Below are positions 60,748-64,000 of a stretch of DNA of 64,000 bases, piece by piece. How positions within the stretch are numbered: position 1 is the first letter of the stretch; each line of letters begins with the position of its first letter. The notes under the pieces were generated by a model. It had not been told where the DNA came from, did not search any database, and was given only the letters and a program-made list of their open reading frames with translations. The position numbers and the translations under genes are program-made. Location of the stretch: NCBI GenBank assembly GCA_963847415.1, contig CAWJZQ010000030.1, positions 344,831 to 408,830 on the forward strand, read 5' to 3'. This DNA is from an uncultured Thermoleophilia bacterium. Its GTDB lineage: Bacteria > Actinomycetota > Thermoleophilia > Gaiellales > Gaiellaceae.

Positions 60748-62373
60748 ATGCAGCTGCGCCTCGACGCCGCGGACCGGCTCGTCGAGCTCGTCGAGGAGCG
60801 GCGCGGGCCGGTGGCGGCCGACGAGGCGGCGCGGAACGTGCTGAGGCTCGGGAGCGCGGTGCCCGGTCGGGCTCGCGCGCTCGCTGCTCGACGAGGCGGT
60901 GCAGGCCGACGCGCGCCTGCGCTGGGCGGGCGACCTCGTCGCGCTCGCCGGGCGCGCCGGGCGAGGCGCTCCCGCTCGAGCAGGCGACCTTCGTCGTCTT
61001 CGACCTCGAGACGACCGGCCTGCGGCCCGGGACGCGCGCGGCCGTGCGAGTTCGGCGCCGTGCGCGTGCGCGAGCTCGAGCTCGACGAGCGCTTCAGCAC
61101 GCTCGCGAACCCCGGCGCGCGACTGCAGCCCGGCGTCGCCGCGCTGACCGGCCTGCGCGACGAGCGAGCTGCGCCGCGCGCCGCCGGTCGCGGCGGTGGT
61201 GCGCCGCTTCCTCGGCTTCGCGGGCGACGCCGTCCTCGTCGCGCACAACGCACGCTTCGACATGGCGTTCCTCGACAACGAGACGATGCGGCTGACCGGC
61301 AACCGCGTCGCGGCGACGGTCGTCGACACCGTCGGGCTCGCGCGGCGGCTGCTCGGCCGCCAGCCCGCGAACCTCGCCGCGCTCTCGTACCGCTTCGCGA
61401 CCGACGCGCGGCCGTGCCACCGCGCGCTGCCCGACGCCGAGGCGACGGCCGAGATCCTGCTCTGCCTGATCGGGATGGCGCAGGAGCGCGGCGCGCGCAC
61501 CGTCGCCGACCTCGTCGAGCTCGCGGCGACGCGGCCGCGGCGCGTGCACCGCAAGCGAAACCTCGCGTTCGGCGCGCCGCAGCGGCCCGGCGTCTACCTC
61601 TTCCGCGACGCGCACGACCAGGTGCTCTACGTCGGACGCGCGCGCGACCTGCGCGCGCGGCTGCGCTCGTACTTCCGCTCCGAGAAGCAGCGGCCGGCGG
61701 TCGAGGCCGCGCTCGGCGCGCTCGACCGCGTCGAGTGGCGCGTGCTCGGCTCGGAGCTCGAGGCGGCGCTCGAGGAGCTGCGCCTGATCCGCGAGCTGCG
61801 GCCGCCCGCGAACGCGCGCTCGGCGCGTCCCGACCGCTACGTCTACCTCCGCCGGCGCGGCGACAGCGTCGTCTGCTCGTCGCAGCCGACCGAGCTCGGC
61901 CCGCTGAAGAGCCGCCGGCGCGCGCAGCTCGCCGCGCGCGCGCTGCAGGGCGTCGAGTGGGAGACGCTCGAGGACGCGTTGCCGAAGCTGCGGGCGAAGC
62001 TGAAGCGGCTCGCGCGCGACCTCCGCTTCGAGGACGCCGCGCGCCTGCGCGACCGAATCGAGGCGCTCGAGGACGTCGCGCGGGAGATCGAGCGCATGCA
62101 GCGGCTGCGCGAGCATGTGCCGTGTGCGTCGTCGTCCCGGGCGAGCAGGAGGGCACGCGCCGGGCGTTCTACGATCGCGAAGGGCCAGGTCGTCTGCGCA
62201 CGGCCCGTTCATCGGGCCGCACGGGCTCGAGTGGCAGGCGGGGCTCGCGGCCGTCGCGCGCGCCGAGCCGACGCTCGCGCCCGAGGCGGCCGACGAGCTG
62301 CTCGTCGTCGCGTCGTTCATCCGCCGGCCGCCGCCCGAGCTGGAGGTGATCCCGCTGGCACACTTGCAGCGTC
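60748..62373 (+). CDS. DnaQ-like DEDDh 3'-5' exonuclease fused to GIY-YIG (UvrC N-terminal/Cho-like) nuclease domain (about four frame changes; 3' boundary approximate)
   Basis: Exo I FVVFDLETTGL. Exo II LVAHNARFDMAFL. Exo III CHRALPDAEATAE. GIY-YIG PGVYLFRDAHDQVLYVGRARDLRARLRSYF. UVR-like LRFEDAARLRDRIEALE. Confidence 0.8.
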
Positions 62374-63463
62374 ATGGAGCGAGCTGCCGCGAGCGCGCGC
62401 TCGGCGACGGCTGGCGCAAGCTCGTCGTCGACGGCGTGACCGCGACGCCGGTCGACGCTGACGCGCGGCGCCGCGGTGAAGGTCGTCGACGGCCCGCGCA
62501 CGGAGACCGTCGCCGCGCGCCGACTGGCCGGACGCGGCTCGACGCGCTGCTCGCACGGCGCGCGCAACGTGCACCTGCTCGCGCCGGACGGCGACGTGCA
62601 CGCACGCCGGACGAAGAAGGGCACGCTGGCTCGTCTCGCGCGGCAAGGCCGTCGTCGCCGCAGCGCCCGAGCGGACGCGCACGACCGCGCGCCGCAGCAT
62701 CCGCTGCCCGCCGACCATCCGCTCTTCCGCGCGACGAAGATCTCGCGCGACAAGGAGCGGCAGGTGCAGCACTACGTCGAGCTGCTGCGGCCGCTGCCGC
62801 TCTGGGAGCGCGAGACGCATCCGCGTCGTCGACGCCGGCTGCGGCAAGGCGTACATGAGCCTCGCGCTCGTCGCCTACGGCCGCGAGGTCGGCACGCGTG
62901 TCGAGCTCGTCGGGCTCGACACGCAACCCGGCGGTGATCGAGACCGTGCGCGGCGATCGCCGACGAGCTCGGCTACGACGAGGCGCGCTTCGAGGCGACG
63001 ACGATCGACGACTACGACGACGCGACCGAGCCGATCGACCTGCTCGTCTCGCTGCACGCGTGCGACACCGCGACCGACGAGGCGATCGCCGCCGGCGTGC
63101 GGCTCGGCGCCGAGGCGATCGTCGTCGCGCCGTGCTGCCACCACGAGCTCGCCGCCCAGATCGCGACGCGCGAGAAGGACGGCGCTGCTCCGGCACGGGC
63201 TGCTGCTCGGCCGGCAGGCCGACCTCGTCACCGACGCGCTGCGCGCCGCCGCGCTCGAGATCGCTCGGCTACCGCGTCGACGTGATGGAGTTCGTCTCGG
63301 CCGAGCACACGGCGAAGAACGTGATGCTGCGCGCCGAGCGCGCGCCCTCGGCGGCCAGCGCGCGCACGCGCGCGCGGCCGAGTACGTCGAGCTGCGCGAC
63401 CGCTGGGGCGTCGAGCCCGCGATCGAGCGGCTCCTGCCGCTGCCCGTATCCCAGCGGCGCTGA
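62374..63463 (+). CDS. class I SAM-dependent methyltransferase (about five frame changes; 5' boundary approximate)
   Basis: KERQVQHYVELLRPL, motif I IRVVDAGCGKAYMSLALVAYG, DLLVSLHACDTATDEAI, VVAPCCHHEL and VMEFVSAEHTAKNVMLRAER. Stop at 63461-63463. Confidence 0.7.
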
Positions 63464-63502
63464 TCTCCGTTGTCTCCGTAACCGAAAGGGGGAACTCGAC
63501 AC

Positions 63503-63580
63503 ATGGGAATTCTCTGGATCATCCTGATCGTCGTCCTCGTTCTCGCGCTGCTCGGCTTCTTCTCGCGCGGCGTCTGGTGA
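63503..63580 (+). CDS. 25-aa hydrophobic peptide (possible small membrane protein)
   Basis: RBS AAAGGGGGA lies 9 nt before ATG. The peptide is MGILWIILIVVLVLALLGFFSRGVW. A strong terminator follows 32 nt downstream. Its N-terminus resembles the 25154 peptide (LWI.L..L). Confidence 0.4.
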   Translation: MGILWIILIVVLVLALLGFFSRGVW

Positions 63581-63612
63581 GCCGCACCTAGGACCTGAAC
63601 GCACGTATTCAT

Positions 63613-63646
63613 GGGCCGTCCCGCCCTCGCGGGGCGGCCCTTTGTG
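63613..63646 (+). terminator. intrinsic terminator (12-bp stem GGGCCGTCCCGC-CCTC-GCGGGGCGGCCC followed by TTTGTG)
   Basis: Seen directly. The stem contains one G-U pair and has a T-rich tail. Confidence 0.7.
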
Positions 63647-64000
63647 CGCTACAACGGCTGGGTGTGGACGCCGCCGGAGCATGCTCGCCGCGCGCCGACG
63701 CGCGCCCTGGCGCTGCCCCGCCTCGGCGGCATGGCGCGTCCGAACGGCGTCGTGATCGTCAGCGAGCGCTTCTGGGCGTTCGCCGGCGTCGACGGCTCGC
63801 TCCGCGAGGGCCAGATGCCGCAGCCGCCCGAGGCTGCTCCAGCGGCTGCCGCTCGCCCGCGGGCTCGTCCGCCTCTGCGCCTCGCTCGCGCCGCTGTTCC
63901 GGCCGCGGCGGCGTCGCGCCGCGCCGTGAGCGCTGGCTGATCCTCGCCGCGCGTGCTCGCCCCGCTCGGCCTCGCGTTCGTCGGCGGGCCGCTGGTCGAC
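63644..64000 (+). CDS. DUF1385-like protein, N-terminal part (frame change near 63830; continues beyond window)
   Basis: LGGMARPNGVVIVSERFWAFAGVDGSLREG resembles the GGQAV.EGVMMR...WA.AVR start of DUF1385 proteins. LLQRLPLARGLVRLCASLAPL appears in a second frame. This is a weak call. Confidence 0.35.

Overview
Very GC-rich chromosomal segment; third codon positions are almost always G/C. It looks like a soil Actinomycetota genome. My guess of a Thermoleophilia/Solirubrobacterales-like organism rests only on protein families and repeat types. I recognise about 60 protein genes and one tRNA-Met(CAT). I see no rRNA, CRISPR array, transposase, integrase or phage genes.

Gene content, in order:
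- Arylsulfatase tail, DUF2252, ClC channel and a VAO-type flavoprotein.
- A large beta-helix/DUF11 surface protein, an L,D-transpeptidase and an M6 (InhA-like) metalloprotease.
- A lipid-remodelling cluster: DUF1206, an HKD phospholipase D-like protein, two PAP2 phosphatases and a DAG-type lipid kinase.
- A pair of paralogous unknown proteins, PD40 propeller proteins and DUF2254.
- An exported histidine-phosphatase/Vgb-like propeller fusion, then proS.
- A membrane-protein block: DUF4234, an lmo0937-like peptide, a DUF360-ABC1 kinase fusion and a DedA-PLD fusion.
- A tightly coupled nirK-like/dsbA/vkor operon next to a six-repeat cysteine-containing Ig-like surface protein.
- A GH-like hydrolase, GNATs, an HtrA-like protease, a CDO-like cupin, a VOC protein and an RTX-like Ca-binding protein.
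- An ANT(3'')-like nucleotidyltransferase and a CHASE3 two-component pair.
- A 946-aa secreted protein with four Ig-like repeats.
- A primary-type sigma-70 factor, a nucleotidyltransferase, a metallophosphoesterase, YjbQ and the tRNA-Met.
- A collagen-like protein and an alpha/beta hydrolase.
- MFS, PD40, TetR and agmatinase genes.
- An SOS-box-preceded DnaQ-exonuclease/GIY-YIG (Cho-like) fusion, a SAM methyltransferase and the start of a DUF1385-like gene.

Major caveat: as assembled, roughly half of the conserved genes are interrupted by single-base frame changes, including the sigma-70 gene. Long stretches (about 14-16 kb, 17.9-31.2 kb and 34.3-43.9 kb) are clean. Coordinates of interrupted genes are therefore envelope coordinates.

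Most unusual non-genic signals:
1. Two about 40-nt tRNA/tmRNA-3'-end-like direct repeats bracket a 1.9-kb module that carries only the VAO flavoprotein gene.
2. A 0.9-kb ORF-free, lower-GC region holds three tandem 165-220-nt hairpin-led repeat units, followed by a highly structured leader upstream of the MFS gene.
3. A 47-nt compound palindrome contains three GAAC-N3-GTTC elements at 17-bp phasing.
4. A perfect Cheo/LexA-type box and a pair of 50-nt direct repeats lie in front of the exonuclease/GIY-YIG gene.

All family names come from motif recognition by eye. No database search was run.
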